DNA of 64,000 nucleotides from Escherichia coli (GTDB lineage Bacteria; Pseudomonadota; Gammaproteobacteria; Enterobacterales; Enterobacteriaceae): NCBI RefSeq assembly GCF_016903815.1, contig NZ_CP069973.1; one strand, 5' to 3'. Shown piece by piece: positions 37,994 to 49,465 of this stretch (position 1 is its first letter; each line of letters starts with the position of its first letter). The notes under the pieces were generated by a model. It saw only the letters and a program-made list of their open reading frames with translations, ran no database searches and was not told where the DNA came from. The position numbers and the translations under genes were made by a program.

Positions 37994-38516
37994 CCCTTTT
38001 GGATTAGCTGATATGAATTTCTATGATGAGGGGATACGCAGAAATGTATCACTGCATGCTGCAACAGATAAAATAAATATTCCTGGCGTTTTTACTATTG
38101 GAGGACATGGATATCCTGGTTTTATTACAGATGAAAATGGAAACTATGAAACTGCTGAGGGAGTAGCCAAGAGAATCAGAGCTAATCCACGCTATAAAAA
38201 GGGAATGTCTGTTTGATTATTCTCATGTGGTACAGCCAGAGAGGGAGATAAATCTTTTGCCAGCAAGTTAGCCAGAGCACTTCATGCAAATGTCACTGGA
38301 GCTGATACACAATGGCAAGTATGGATGGCGTGGGATAATAATACTCCTCTTTTTAATACGATCCAAACAGGACTTACGGATAATATCTCGGCAATTGACA
38401 CAAGTAATAATGTCATAACTGGTAATAATATGGGCCGCTGGATAACGTTTGGACCTTCAGGTCAACCCATTTCTTCCACTCCTGGCAAAGTTATGAGACC
38501 AAGTGATATAAAATAA
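37551..38516 (+). pseudogene. orphan Rhs C-terminal module (core 3' fragment plus distinct toxin tip) interrupted by in-frame TGA
   Basis: First 443 bp duplicate rhsB 32701..33143; TGA at 38214-38216; same frame stays open through the 63-aa track ORF to 38516. Confidence 0.75.
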
Positions 38517-38529
38517 CAAAGGTGGCAAC

Positions 38530-39008
38530 ATGAAGTGCTTTTTATTTATTCTGATTGCAAATGTTTTCTTTTTCTCTTGTTGTTCATATGGAGGTGAAAT
38601 CCCCCCCCTATTAAGCTCCATAACATTGAAATAAGCTCAACATCTGAATCGTTTAATTTAAGTGAAAATCAAAGATATGAACTTGATATTAAATCTGAGG
38701 GCGGGGATGGTGATGCGTCATATCGATTACATCAATATTATACATATGTTTGCTTTAATATACCCAAGCAAATTAAATATCTGGCAAGGTCTGCATCTCA
38801 AGGAAATATCATAGCGCAATATAATTATGCTATGATTCTATCCTCAGAGGAGGATGATTCCTATTTAAAATATTATAATTTAGATAATGCAATTAATTGG
38901 CTGAAAATGGCTGCCTCACATGGCTATATTAAAGCCGAGGTTGAATTGCTAAGGCTTGAAAGGCTAAAAGAAACTATAAGGTTAGGGAAAGATCATCCAA
39001 TGCCGTAG
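38530..39008 (+). pseudogene. Sel1-like repeat lipoprotein gene disrupted at a C8 homopolymer (frameshift or phase-variable)
   Basis: ATG at 38530 with RBS; signal/lipobox-like MKCFLFILIANVFFFSCC; C8 tract at 38601-38608 ends the frame after 34 codons; a +1 frame continues to TAG at 39006-39008. Confidence 0.6.
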
Positions 39009-39171
39009 GCACAAAGATGCAAGGCAAGATATTTTTCATATTATAAGCATAATGTTGTGAAAAGCGGGGCTGCGATTGTATTAAAGCCATTTTTCTGGCT
39101 TCTGAAGGCTGAAATTCAGTCATGATTACTCAGGCTCTGCGCCTCCATCAGACCACCGTTGATCACCATAT

Positions 39172-39180
39172 CCATGTGTT
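39172..39180. repeat. IS1 target-site duplication, left copy (ccatgtgtt)
   Basis: Identical 9 bp flank both ends of IS1. Confidence 0.9.
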
Positions 39181-39235
39181 GGTAATGCTGCCAACTTACT
39201 GATTTAGTGTATGATGGTGATTTTAAGGTGCTTGC

Positions 39236-39511
39236 GTGGCTTCCATTTCCATCAGATGTCCTTCCTGCTCCGCTACTGAAGGCGTGGTGCGTAACGGCAA
39301 AAGCACTGCCGGACATCAGCGCTATCTCTGCTCTCATTGCCGTAAAACATGGCAACTACAGTTCACTTACACCGCCTCTCAGCCCGGTACGCACCAGAAA
39401 ATCATTGATATGGCCATGAATGGCGTCGGATGTCGCGCCAGTGCACGCATTATGGGCGTTGGCCTCAACACGGTTTTACGTCACTTAAAAAACTCAGGCC
39501 GCAGTCGGTAA
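39236..39511 (+). CDS. insA: IS1 InsA
   Basis: 91-aa track [26 protein letters not shown]... Confidence 0.93.
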   Translation: MASISIRCPSCSATEGVVRNGKSTAGHQRYLCSHCRKTWQLQFTYTASQPGTHQKIIDMAMNGVGCRASARIMGVGLNTVLRHLKNSGRSR

Positions 39512-39933
39512 CCTCGCGCATACAACCGGGCAGTGATGTGATTGTCTGCGCTGAAATGGACGAACAGTGGGGCTACGTCGGTGCTAAATCACGTCAGCGC
39601 TGGCTGTTTTACGCGTATGACAGGATACGGAGGACGGTTGTGGCGCACGTCTTCGGTGAACGCACTCTGGCCACACTGGAGCGTCTTCTGAGCCTGCTGT
39701 CGGCCTTTGAGGTCGTGGTATGGATGACGGATGGCTGGCCGCTGTATGAATCACGCCTGAAGGGAAAGCTGCACGTTATCAGCAAGCGTTACACTCAGCG
39801 CATTGAGCGACATAATCTGAATCTGAGACAACATCTGGCAAGGCTGGGACGGAAGTCACTGTCGTTCTCAAAATCGGTGGAGCTGCATGACAAGGTCATC
39901 GGGCATTATCTGAACATAAAACACTATCAGTAA
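39430..39933 (+). CDS. insB: IS1 InsB frame (expressed as InsAB' by -1 frameshift)
   Basis: 167-aa track ORF ...[20 protein letters not shown]... Confidence 0.9.
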   Translation: MSRQCTHYGRWPQHGFTSLKKLRPQSVTSRIQPGSDVIVCAEMDEQWGYVGAKSRQRWLFYAYDRIRRTVVAHVFGERTLATLERLLSLLSAFEVVVWMTDGWPLYESRLKGKLHVISKRYTQRIERHNLNLRQHLARLGRKSLSFSKSVELHDKVIGHYLNIKHYQ

Positions 39934-39948
39934 GTTGGAGTCATTACC

Positions 39949-39957
39949 CCATGTGTT
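39949..39957. repeat. IS1 target-site duplication, right copy (ccatgtgtt)
   Basis: Identical to 39172..39180. Confidence 0.9.
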
Positions 39958-40114
39958 TATGAATAAAGGGCAGGGAAAGATCACGCAACGCTGCTTTTTT
40001 GTACTAAATAATTCGCACTAAATATTCAATAATTGAGATATTCCTTATTACCTAAAGCTGTTTTCCATTGCTTATACATGATCAAATACTCCTTACATAA
40101 TTAAGGAGAACAAA

Positions 40115-40601
<487 letters not shown>

Positions 40602-40702
40602 TGGTCAGTTCATAAACGCCTTATCCGGCCTAAAAAAAACTAAAATTCAATAAATTGCACCAATGCGTAGACCCTATAAGCTTACGCATCGGGCAACTGT
40701 AA

Positions 40703-41827
40703 TTACGCCATTGTCCCAATCGTCTTCCTAAATCGCAGCAGTGCGATGGTGAAAAACGCGCCGCCAATTGCCATCAGCGTCAGGAACTGCGGCCAGACGA
40801 TTTCGAATCCGGCACCCCGGTAGAGGATGGCCTGCGCGAGGCTAACAAAGTGTGTCGTCGGCATGGTCAGCATAATGTCCTGCACCATCTGCGGCATACT
40901 TTCGCGCGGCGTGGATCCACCGGAAAGCATTTGCAGCGGCAGCAGCACCAGAATCACCAGCAGCCCCAGTTGCGGCATTGAACGCGCTATCGTCCCCATA
41001 AAAATGCCGATTGACGTGGTGGCAAACAGACTGAGCGCCACGCCCAGCATAAACAGCGGGATCGAGCCTTCAATCGGTACGCCCAGCACGCCTTTTACCA
41101 TCAGCACCAGCGATAATCCCGATACCACCAGCACCACCAGCCCCATCGACCAGATCTTCGCCATCATGATCTCAAACGGCGTTATCGGCATCACCAGTAA
41201 GTGTTCCACCGTGCCGTGTTCACGCTCGCGGATCAGCGCCGATCCGGTCAATACAATCGCCAGCATAGTAATGTTGTTGATGATCGCCATCACCCCGCCA
41301 AACCACGCGGGATCGAGGTTCGGGTTAAAGCGCATCCGGGTTTCCAGCGATACCAACGGTTCGCTATTATCACGGTAGCGCGCGACAAAGCTGTTCACTT
41401 CACCGTTGATAATATTCTGGATATACCCATTGCCGGTAAATGCCTGGCTCATGCGCGTGGCATCGACGTTCACCTGAATATCTGGCTGGCGTCCGGCGAG
41501 GACATCACGCTGAAAATTAGGCGGAATATTTATCGCGAAGGTATAGCGTCCGGCGTCCAGCCCGGCATCCATCTCATCGGCGGTGATCATCTCCGGTGGC
41601 AAAAACCACGGGCGATAGAAGCTGTTAACGATCCTGTTCGATAACTGCGATTGATCCATATCGGCAATGGCGATCGGCGCGAGGTTCAACGATCCTGGCG
41701 TAACGGTCGCTGACGAATACACCGACACCGTAAACGAGAAGACAATCAGCGTCAGCATCGCTTTATCACCGAGCAAACTGCGCAACTCTTTGATACCCAG
41801 ATTAAAAATATTGCGTAAATGGCGCAT
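40703..41827 (-). CDS. yhhJ: ABC-2 type transporter permease YhhJ
   Basis: Track ORF 40703..41911 trimmed to [17 protein letters not shown]... (374 aa); start overlaps rbbA stop. Confidence 0.87.
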   Translation of the reverse strand: MRHLRNIFNLGIKELRSLLGDKAMLTLIVFSFTVSVYSSATVTPGSLNLAPIAIADMDQSQLSNRIVNSFYRPWFLPPEMITADEMDAGLDAGRYTFAINIPPNFQRDVLAGRQPDIQVNVDATRMSQAFTGNGYIQNIINGEVNSFVARYRDNSEPLVSLETRMRFNPNLDPAWFGGVMAIINNITMLAIVLTGSALIREREHGTVEHLLVMPITPFEIMMAKIWSMGLVVLVVSGLSLVLMVKGVLGVPIEGSIPLFMLGVALSLFATTSIGIFMGTIARSMPQLGLLVILVLLPLQMLSGGSTPRESMPQMVQDIMLTMPTTHFVSLAQAILYRGAGFEIVWPQFLTLMAIGGAFFTIALLRFRKTIGTMA

Positions 41828-44562
41828 CATCCCTCCTGTTTTTTCAGCAGCAGGATGCTTAAGCCCATCACCAGCGGGATGGCTATCAGCAACGGGATAA
41901 AAAGTTGCCACAAATCAGTCAAATCCAGCGCCTTCGAGAACGTCCCGCGGGCAATAGTCAGAAAATGACTGGTCGGGTAAACCTCGCCGATCCAGCGTCC
42001 TGGACCTTCCAGCGAAGCTACCGGATCAATCATCCCGGAAAACTGTGTCGCCGGGATCAACGTGATAATCGCCGTACCGAAAATAGCGGCAATCTGGCTT
42101 TTCATAAAGGTGGAGATCAGCAGCCCCATTCCGGTGGCGATGATGATATACAGCAGCGCCGCCAGGGTGAGCGTCAGGAAACTGCCTTTATGCGGTACGC
42201 CAAACACAAACACCGACAGGCCGCAGAGCAGGAAAAAGTTCAGCATCCCCAGCGCGATGTACGGTAGCTGTTTGCCAAGCAAAAATTCGCTACGGGTGGT
42301 GGGAGTCACGTAAAGGTTGATAATCGACCCCAACTCTTTTTCCCGCACCACGCTAAGGGCGCTTAGCATTGACGGGATCATCATCAGCAGAAGCGGGATC
42401 ACCGCCGGAACAATCGCTGGCAGGCTTTTTACGTCCGGGTTATAGCGATAGCGCGTCTCAATGTTCATCAGCCCGCTTTGGCTGGAGGGTGTGGATTGTC
42501 GGCTCGCCACATCCTGTAGCCAGCTCTGGTGCATAGCCTGCACGTAACCTTTTACCGTTTCGGCACGACTGGGCATCGCACCGTCGATCCAGACACCGAG
42601 TTCCACAGGCGTACCACGCGCGATATCGCGCCCGAAATTGGGTGGGATCTCAATCGCCACCGTGATATCGCCCGCACGCATCCGGCGATCCAGTTCGTCA
42701 TAACTGGTGAGCGGTGGTTGTTCGATAAAGTAACGGGAACCGGAGAGATTGAGCGTCCACGCCTGGCTACTGACGGTCTGGTCGCGGTCAAGCACCGCAA
42801 AGCGCAGGTTTTCCACATCCATACTGATGCCGTAACCCATTATCAGCATCAGGATCACCGTTCCCATCAGCGCCAGCGTCGAACGTACCGGATCGCGTCG
42901 CAGTTCCAGTGCTTCGCGACGGCTGTAGCTAAACAGACGGCGCAGACTAAATCCCTGACGCGGCGCGTGGGTGGCGTCGTGTACCACGGGCGGCGCTTCG
43001 GCTTCGCTGCTCTGCCCTGCCGCTTCCTGCAAATAGGCGATAAATGCCTCTTCCAGACTGGCGGCTCCGCGTTTCTCAACCAACTCCTGCGGTGTACCGC
43101 TGGCGAGCACTTTTCCGGCGTGCATCAGTGAGATACGGTCGCAACGTTCCGCTTCGTTCATAAAGTGGGTGGAGATGAAGATAGTCACTTTGTCCTGACG
43201 CGAGAGATCGACCATCAACTGCCAGAACATATCCCTCGCCACCGGATCGACACCAGAAGTAGGCTCATCGAGGATTAACATCTCCGGGCGATGAATCACC
43301 GCCACCGCCAGCGAAAGCCGCTGGCGAATGCCGAGCGGTAATGACTCCGGCAGAACATCTTCAACGTCGTTGAGCTTAAAACGCTCGCTCATTTCAGCCA
43401 CTCGCGCGGGAATTTCCGCTTCCGGGATGTGAAACAAACGGGCATGTAACTCAAGGTTTTGCCGCACGGTGAGTTCGTTATAGAGCGAAAACGCCTGCGA
43501 CATATAGCCTACCCGACGGCGAGTATCGATATCTTTTGGATCAACCGGTTGCCCGAACAGCCACGCCTCACCTTCGCTGGCGGGCAGCAATCCGGTAAGC
43601 ATTTTCATGGTGGTGGATTTACCGCAGCCGTTCGAACCAAGAAAACCAAAAATCTCCCCGCGTGGAATGCGGAAATTGACGTGATCAACGGCAACGAAGG
43701 AACCAAAACGCATGGTCAGATCGCGCGCTTCGATGGCAATCTCTGCGTTTTCAGGTTGATATGGTGGGATCACTACCGCCTGATGCGCCTGGCGTTGCGC
43801 TTGCGGTAACAGATTTATAAATGCTTCTTCCAGCGTGGCGCTTTGCGTTTGCTGCCGCAGCTCTTCGGCGCTGCCGGTTGCCAGCACTTCTCCGGCATTC
43901 ATCGCTACCAGCCAGTCGAAGCGTTCGGCCTCTTCCATGTAGGCGGTGGCGACCAGCACGCTCATATTGCTCTGCCGCTGGCGAATACTGTCGATCAGAT
44001 CCCAGAACTGGGCGCGGGAGAGCGGGTCAACCCCCGTTGTTGGCTCATCAAGAATCAACAGTTCCGGGTCGTGGATTAACGCACAGCACAGCCCCAGTTT
44101 TTGCTTCATCCCGCCGGAGAGTTTCCCTGCCGGACGATCACGAAACGGTGCTAACCCGGTGCTGGTCAGCAGCTCATTAATTCGCACTTCTCGCTCCGCT
44201 TTGTCGTGACCGAACAGGCGGGCGAAAAAATCGACGTTTTCATACACCGACAAGGTGTGGTAGAGGTTTTTACCCAGCCCCTGCGGCATCCAAGCGATGC
44301 GCGGGCAAACGTCGCGTCGATGCTTCGGGTCGCGCATATCGCCGCCCAGCACGATCACATTGCCCTGCTCAATGACACGAGCACCGGAAATCAATGACAA
44401 TAAACTCGACTTCCCGACGCCATCCGGACCAATCAGCCCAACCATGCAGCGGGTCGGAATATCGAGAGTGATATTGTTCAGCGCAACGGTTTTTCCATAA
44501 TGCTGGCTCACGCCCGCCAGTTGCGCGACAGGCGGGACGGGAACCAGTTCCAGATGCGTCAT
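41827..44562 (-). CDS. rbbA: ribosome-associated ATPase RbbA (tandem ABC ATPase fused to permease domain)
   Basis: 911-aa track ORF; two Walker A motifs ([18 protein letters not shown]). Confidence 0.92.
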   Translation of the reverse strand: MTHLELVPVPPVAQLAGVSQHYGKTVALNNITLDIPTRCMVGLIGPDGVGKSSLLSLISGARVIEQGNVIVLGGDMRDPKHRRDVCPRIAWMPQGLGKNLYHTLSVYENVDFFARLFGHDKAEREVRINELLTSTGLAPFRDRPAGKLSGGMKQKLGLCCALIHDPELLILDEPTTGVDPLSRAQFWDLIDSIRQRQSNMSVLVATAYMEEAERFDWLVAMNAGEVLATGSAEELRQQTQSATLEEAFINLLPQAQRQAHQAVVIPPYQPENAEIAIEARDLTMRFGSFVAVDHVNFRIPRGEIFGFLGSNGCGKSTTMKMLTGLLPASEGEAWLFGQPVDPKDIDTRRRVGYMSQAFSLYNELTVRQNLELHARLFHIPEAEIPARVAEMSERFKLNDVEDVLPESLPLGIRQRLSLAVAVIHRPEMLILDEPTSGVDPVARDMFWQLMVDLSRQDKVTIFISTHFMNEAERCDRISLMHAGKVLASGTPQELVEKRGAASLEEAFIAYLQEAAGQSSEAEAPPVVHDATHAPRQGFSLRRLFSYSRREALELRRDPVRSTLALMGTVILMLIMGYGISMDVENLRFAVLDRDQTVSSQAWTLNLSGSRYFIEQPPLTSYDELDRRMRAGDITVAIEIPPNFGRDIARGTPVELGVWIDGAMPSRAETVKGYVQAMHQSWLQDVASRQSTPSSQSGLMNIETRYRYNPDVKSLPAIVPAVIPLLLMMIPSMLSALSVVREKELGSIINLYVTPTTRSEFLLGKQLPYIALGMLNFFLLCGLSVFVFGVPHKGSFLTLTLAALLYIIIATGMGLLISTFMKSQIAAIFGTAIITLIPATQFSGMIDPVASLEGPGRWIGEVYPTSHFLTIARGTFSKALDLTDLWQLFIPLLIAIPLVMGLSILLLKKQEG

Positions 44563-45626
44563 TGCGGCAACCTCACCACCAGGTCGTCAGGCCACGGAAG
44601 TTCTTCATTCACCCGCACCCACGCTACGCCCGGCAAACCGGTTTTGACATATTCCAGATGCTGCTGGAGTAATTCCGGTGGGATACGCGCTTTGACGCGG
44701 AACATCAGTTTCAGCCGCTCATCGCTGGTTTCGACGGTTTTTGGCGTGAACTGGGCGACGCTGGCGACAAAACTGATGGTTGCAGGAATACGCAGATCTG
44801 GCGCGGCATCGAGGATCAGCCGGGCTTCACCGCCCAGTTTCAGCGTGCCCGCCTGTTCGGTTGGCAGGAAGAAGGTCATATAGACGTCGCTCAGATCGAC
44901 CATATTCAGCACCCGACCGCCTGCCGCCAGCACTTCCCCTGGCTCGGCAACCCGATACTGCACGCGTCCGTCACGCGGGGCTTTCAGTTCGCTGTCATCG
45001 ATATCTGCGGCAATGCGCCGTTCAGTGGCTTGTGCGGCTTCGACGCGTGTTTGCGCCTGAATGATATTGGTGCGTGCCGCTTCTATAGCGGCTTTAGAAG
45101 CCGAAACCTGGGCTTTTGCTGATTCCAGCGCAGCTCGGGCGCTCTCAGCGGCGGCGCGATCGTCATCCAGCTGTTGCGCAGAAATAGCCCCTCGTTGGGC
45201 GAGCGAACGGGAACGCGTATGACGTTTGGCAACGGAGTCCAGTTCGGCCTGGCGTTGATTGACCAGCGACTGTGCGGCACGAGTTTCGCTTTGGCGTTGC
45301 TCCAGCAAAGCCTGCGCGGCGGCAACGGCGCTTTGTGCTTCTTTGATTTGCGCGATGGCTTCCAGTCGCTGTTCCTGCAACACGCGAGTATCCATCTTCG
45401 CCAGCACTTCACCTTCGCGAACAAACTGGCCTTCTTTCACCAGAATGGTGTCGATACGCCCGGCAATTTTGCTGGCGATATCCACTTCCGTCGCTTCAAT
45501 GCGCCCATTGCTGACGGCAAAGCCTTCCGGCACACCCGCTGGGCGCAACAGCCACCACGCCACGATAGCGGCCACCGCCAGTAACCCGACAACCCACCAC
45601 GCCAGATGGCGCTTACTCTTATCCAT
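44559..45626 (-). CDS. yhiI: HlyD-family membrane fusion protein YhiI
   Basis: 355-aa track ORF with TM anchor and coiled-coil region. Confidence 0.9.
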   Translation of the reverse strand: MDKSKRHLAWWVVGLLAVAAIVAWWLLRPAGVPEGFAVSNGRIEATEVDIASKIAGRIDTILVKEGQFVREGEVLAKMDTRVLQEQRLEAIAQIKEAQSAVAAAQALLEQRQSETRAAQSLVNQRQAELDSVAKRHTRSRSLAQRGAISAQQLDDDRAAAESARAALESAKAQVSASKAAIEAARTNIIQAQTRVEAAQATERRIAADIDDSELKAPRDGRVQYRVAEPGEVLAAGGRVLNMVDLSDVYMTFFLPTEQAGTLKLGGEARLILDAAPDLRIPATISFVASVAQFTPKTVETSDERLKLMFRVKARIPPELLQQHLEYVKTGLPGVAWVRVNEELPWPDDLVVRLPQ

Positions 45627-45991
45627 AATCGACCCGCCATAATCCCTGTAAGCAAACGACGCGTGTTACAACTGCCGCCGAACGACGTTCAGCGGATTCT
45701 TCCATCCGGGATAAGAAGGAAACGGCAAATACGACCAGCGCGCAGAGCATTGAGCGCCAACGTGGAAGGCTTAGTGAAAACGGGTAGTAATGTTGTCATC
45801 ATCAGCATTCCTGGCCGTAAATGAAACACGCATACTCATAAGTGTGATCTATAAAACTGGCTGACAAAACGGTATCCATCCTGTTGGATAGCGTTTCACG
45901 CCTGTTCAGTTGCAGGAACAGAGCATTCCTTATTACGTTTTATCAACAGTCTCAACCAGATAGTAACATTAATATTCATGTTGTCTATGGT

Positions 45992-47614
45992 TCAGAGCTG
46001 TAACATTGTGCGCCTTCTAATCAAAGGCATAAGTCCATTTTTGTTTTTTTCATGCTGGTAAGACTTCCAGGGAGTGGTTATCTCAGGCCCCGCACCAGGG
46101 TTAATTTGGCAATTATGCATGCTGAACATTCTTCCAGCATGTTTACTGTCACGGGCGTTAAGACCTAAAACTGTCCCCGTTTCACCTATGCGTTCTCTCC
46201 CACCATTTCCGTTATGTGCAACAACTTGATTTATACCTAACATTTGTGAGCATGCTAATAGTGCTTCAAGTTTAGGTCTGTAATCTGTCGAAACAGAAAA
46301 ATAACGATTAAAGGATCGACAAGAGATAGCCCGGCTAGTTTTAAACTTTTTACCATTAATTATAGTATGATGCTTTTTATTAATAATTGCCGCTAATTCG
46401 ACCGGATCGAGAGCATTGGTCATTTCATCAATAGAGACTGTTATCGGTCCTATAATGTAACGTTTTCGCTGATCATCAAAAGTTATCCCATGATGATTTG
46501 CCATTATTTTGTATTTGGGGTCATAGAAACATACAGGATAATCTTTTATCCCAGCGTAGGTATCCTCACCAAGTGGTTTCATACGCGTGAAGTTCTGCAT
46601 ATAGTTACCATTGCAATTCGTTTCATGATTACCAGCTAATACATGAACATTTTTATTAATACTCATTATGCGTTTTAACAAATCGATGATAAATTGATCG
46701 CCACAGATATTACTAAATCGATCGCCGGTTTGATCGCCAAGAAACGTACATGGCGTCACAGCGTCTTTATTAATAACTAAATAAGGCTGAAGACTTTCTA
46801 AAACTATATCTCTTCTGTTCAGAATACTGATTATTGTATTAACATTAGTGTCAAGTTGCTCATTAAAGTTCTCCCTTAGCAATACGTTGAGAACTTCATC
46901 TTCTATATTAAGCAACTGGCCAAGGAAATTTTCTCCTTCAGCCATGATTCCCAAATGTCCCGTTGCGAAAAGCGCGTACAAAACTGCACCAACTGAGCCA
47001 TCGGTATCGCCAAAATAGGTTGGTCTGGTACTTGTGGGATCAACAGGTGAACAATTGGAGAAATAGGTTCTGTCAGCGAACTGGGGTTTTATCATTGTTT
47101 CGAATTTAATATCAGATACATTGTATTGCGATATTTTCCAGTTCCAGATGGGTTTGTACGACTCAGTAACTGCAACATCATTAGCATTATCATTTACTGT
47201 CATATTATTAAGTAAATAAACAATGCTGCACCAATTAATATCGGTATCATCAAGAGGGCAACCGTAATTTTTACTATTAATTGTCACAATAAACTGATAA
47301 CTATTATTCCTACGTAGAATATGGGCACGCATGCCCGATAGCATACTATATTTTTCTGAATGATTCGTTTCTATGGTAAATGAAATTTTGTCATCTTGAA
47401 AAGATTGTTGGAAACGTTCTATTTGCCAATCATCAATTTTTTCCACAACTTCACCGAGCATTGTCCTGGCAATACTTGATATATCATCACCTATACCATT
47501 TGCAATATACCCAAACAGTTCTTTAGTGAAGTTAGTAACATGCTCTTGCACCATATCATTTGTTGCGATTGTCGTTGTACTGTCGTTAGTGCCTGCCACA
47601 GTTCCAAGTTTCAT
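45992..47614 (-). CDS. yhiJ: DUF4049-type protein with divergent calcineurin-like metallophosphatase motifs
   Basis: 540-aa track ORF; gagg RBS; motifs YFGDTDG, GDQTGDRF, GNHE, NHHG; AT-rich. Confidence 0.85.
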   Translation of the reverse strand: MKLGTVAGTNDSTTTIATNDMVQEHVTNFTKELFGYIANGIGDDISSIARTMLGEVVEKIDDWQIERFQQSFQDDKISFTIETNHSEKYSMLSGMRAHILRRNNSYQFIVTINSKNYGCPLDDTDINWCSIVYLLNNMTVNDNANDVAVTESYKPIWNWKISQYNVSDIKFETMIKPQFADRTYFSNCSPVDPTSTRPTYFGDTDGSVGAVLYALFATGHLGIMAEGENFLGQLLNIEDEVLNVLLRENFNEQLDTNVNTIISILNRRDIVLESLQPYLVINKDAVTPCTFLGDQTGDRFSNICGDQFIIDLLKRIMSINKNVHVLAGNHETNCNGNYMQNFTRMKPLGEDTYAGIKDYPVCFYDPKYKIMANHHGITFDDQRKRYIIGPITVSIDEMTNALDPVELAAIINKKHHTIINGKKFKTSRAISCRSFNRYFSVSTDYRPKLEALLACSQMLGINQVVAHNGNGGRERIGETGTVLGLNARDSKHAGRMFSMHNCQINPGAGPEITTPWKSYQHEKNKNGLMPLIRRRTMLQL

Positions 47615-47775
47615 CTTTTACCTCATATAATTCACCGCAAGGAATACATAGTTATCATTTAATCTTATGACATACACCTCATGTTCGACGGGAAAATAAT
47701 TATATTTTGCACAAATCATTCAGCCTTAAAGCATAATATGAAATTTCTTATCTCATAGTAGAGAAAGTCCCTAAA

Positions 47776-47810
47776 GATTGTAGAGGCGTCATCAGTACAT
47801 GCCTCTACAA
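47776..47810. other. perfect 11-bp inverted repeat hairpin between yhiL and yhiJ
   Basis: attgtagaggc-(13 nt)-gcctctacaat. Confidence 0.5.
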
Positions 47811-47875
47811 TCGATTAAGAAAAACTATGAAATACTGGCAGGATTAAAAAAATATACCACCGTATTCATGGAGTT

Positions 47876-49465
47876 TTAATGAGATTGAAAACAACTAAGC
47901 CCTGGGACACCTTTTTTATCACCACGTTCGTTAGGTGCTATCTTCCAGGAATCTAGCCCCATGGTATAATTATCAATTTTTTGATGCTGATCTACCCCTA
48001 ATCCATAATGGCCATATTTCTGTTTACTTTTTTTGAGCGTTTGTCCACATTTGAAGATATCTTCAGGTTTTGGTCTGAAAGCAGTAGTGTTATTAAAATA
48101 ATTGTCATATACAGGTGTGGATGCTATAGCATTGCTTCTAATTAGATGGATAAGACGATCATCCATGTGTTGTTTATGTTTTTTATTAAATATATTTGCT
48201 AATTCCTCAGGATCAATTGGGTCTTTCATCTGATTAAATGGAATCTGCAAAGCACCTAGACAATAACATTCATTTTCTTCATTTCTTATTATTCCGTGAT
48301 GACTGGTTAAAACTTTCGTTTCTGAGTCATAATTACAAACATCGAGCGTTTTAATTAAGTCATATGTATCACCGGAAGAGAGTTTATGATTTGCTAGTCG
48401 TGCACTATAGTTACCATTAAAATTGATTTCATGATTTCCAGCCAGAACGACGACATTTTTATTTATACGACTATCTTTATTACCCTCCATATTTCGCATA
48501 GAATTTAGCAAAGTAAGGATATATTTATCACCAAAAATAGTACTAAATCTATCGCCTGTATGATCCCCAAGGAAGATACAAGGGGTAATCGCATCGCCTT
48601 TTAAAAAAACATGTTGATGCAACTCATTCAAGATCATGTCTCTCGTATCTAATAAAGTGAAGAGTTTTTTCAATTTTTTATTTTCATATGCGAATGAAGC
48701 CATGTCTTCGTGTTTTAATAAATCACATAATAAACTCCACCCCTCTCCCCTGATGCCTATATGCCCTGAAACGAGCAATGCATAAAGTACAGCGCCTACT
48801 CTTCCATCTGTATCGCCAAAATAAGCCGTGTTGGCATTTTGTGGATTAATCACACCACACTGTTTATAAAAGTCTATTTTTGAAAAAACAGATTCAACAT
48901 AGCTATCAAACTTTTCCTTAGTAAACGTCTCTTTAGAGACAGCCCAACGCCAGTCAGGTTTGAAATTACCACTAAGAAGAGTAAAGAAATTTCTCTCTAT
49001 GATAGAAAACCCATCAACTTTATAAATTATGTCTGATTTATCTCCGGAGAAATTAATAAAATAATAACCGTCCTTACGCTCAATCGTAACGGTAATGGGA
49101 GACGATAATTTTATCACATGGTTATTGTCTGGTATAATTGTAAAGATAAACGTGTCAGTAGTATTATCGGCGAAACTATTATATTCTTTAATATCTATAG
49201 ATGGCTCACTATTGTAAAACCATAGTTTTTCTATCTGAGGACTATGTTCAGTTACGTTCCAGCAGCCATGTTGCAGGAAATAGATGATATGCAGGCCAAA
49301 ATCGTTATCTATTTGCGAATGTTTATCCAGCTTATCAATTTCAACTATCTTTGAACGATGTTTTTTATCAACCTTGCCATGGTGTTGATGACTGTTAACT
49401 TTATCTGAATGCTTATCTTGATGGTTTGAAGAGAAGTGCTTAAATATATTGTGAAATACTTTCAT
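47876..49465 (-). CDS. yhiL: paralog of yhiJ, metallophosphatase-like; start codon uncertain
   Basis: Track ORF 47876..49549 (557 aa from TTG); ATG candidates at 49528 and 49465; motifs YFGDTDG, GDHTGDRF, GNHE, SHHG. Confidence 0.7.
   Translation of the reverse strand: MKVFHNIFKHFSSNHQDKHSDKVNSHQHHGKVDKKHRSKIVEIDKLDKHSQIDNDFGLHIIYFLQHGCWNVTEHSPQIEKLWFYNSEPSIDIKEYNSFADNTTDTFIFTIIPDNNHVIKLSSPITVTIERKDGYYFINFSGDKSDIIYKVDGFSIIERNFFTLLSGNFKPDWRWAVSKETFTKEKFDSYVESVFSKIDFYKQCGVINPQNANTAYFGDTDGRVGAVLYALLVSGHIGIRGEGWSLLCDLLKHEDMASFAYENKKLKKLFTLLDTRDMILNELHQHVFLKGDAITPCIFLGDHTGDRFSTIFGDKYILTLLNSMRNMEGNKDSRINKNVVVLAGNHEINFNGNYSARLANHKLSSGDTYDLIKTLDVCNYDSETKVLTSHHGIIRNEENECYCLGALQIPFNQMKDPIDPEELANIFNKKHKQHMDDRLIHLIRSNAIASTPVYDNYFNNTTAFRPKPEDIFKCGQTLKKSKQKYGHYGLGVDQHQKIDNYTMGLDSWKIAPNERGDKKGVPGLSCFQSH

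Larger units (their letters stand above)
39181..39948 (+). mobile_element. insertion sequence IS1 (768 bp) with terminal inverted repeats
   Basis: Starts ggtaatgctgccaacttactgat, ends gttggagtcattacc; encodes InsA and InsB frames; length exactly 768 bp. Confidence 0.95.
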
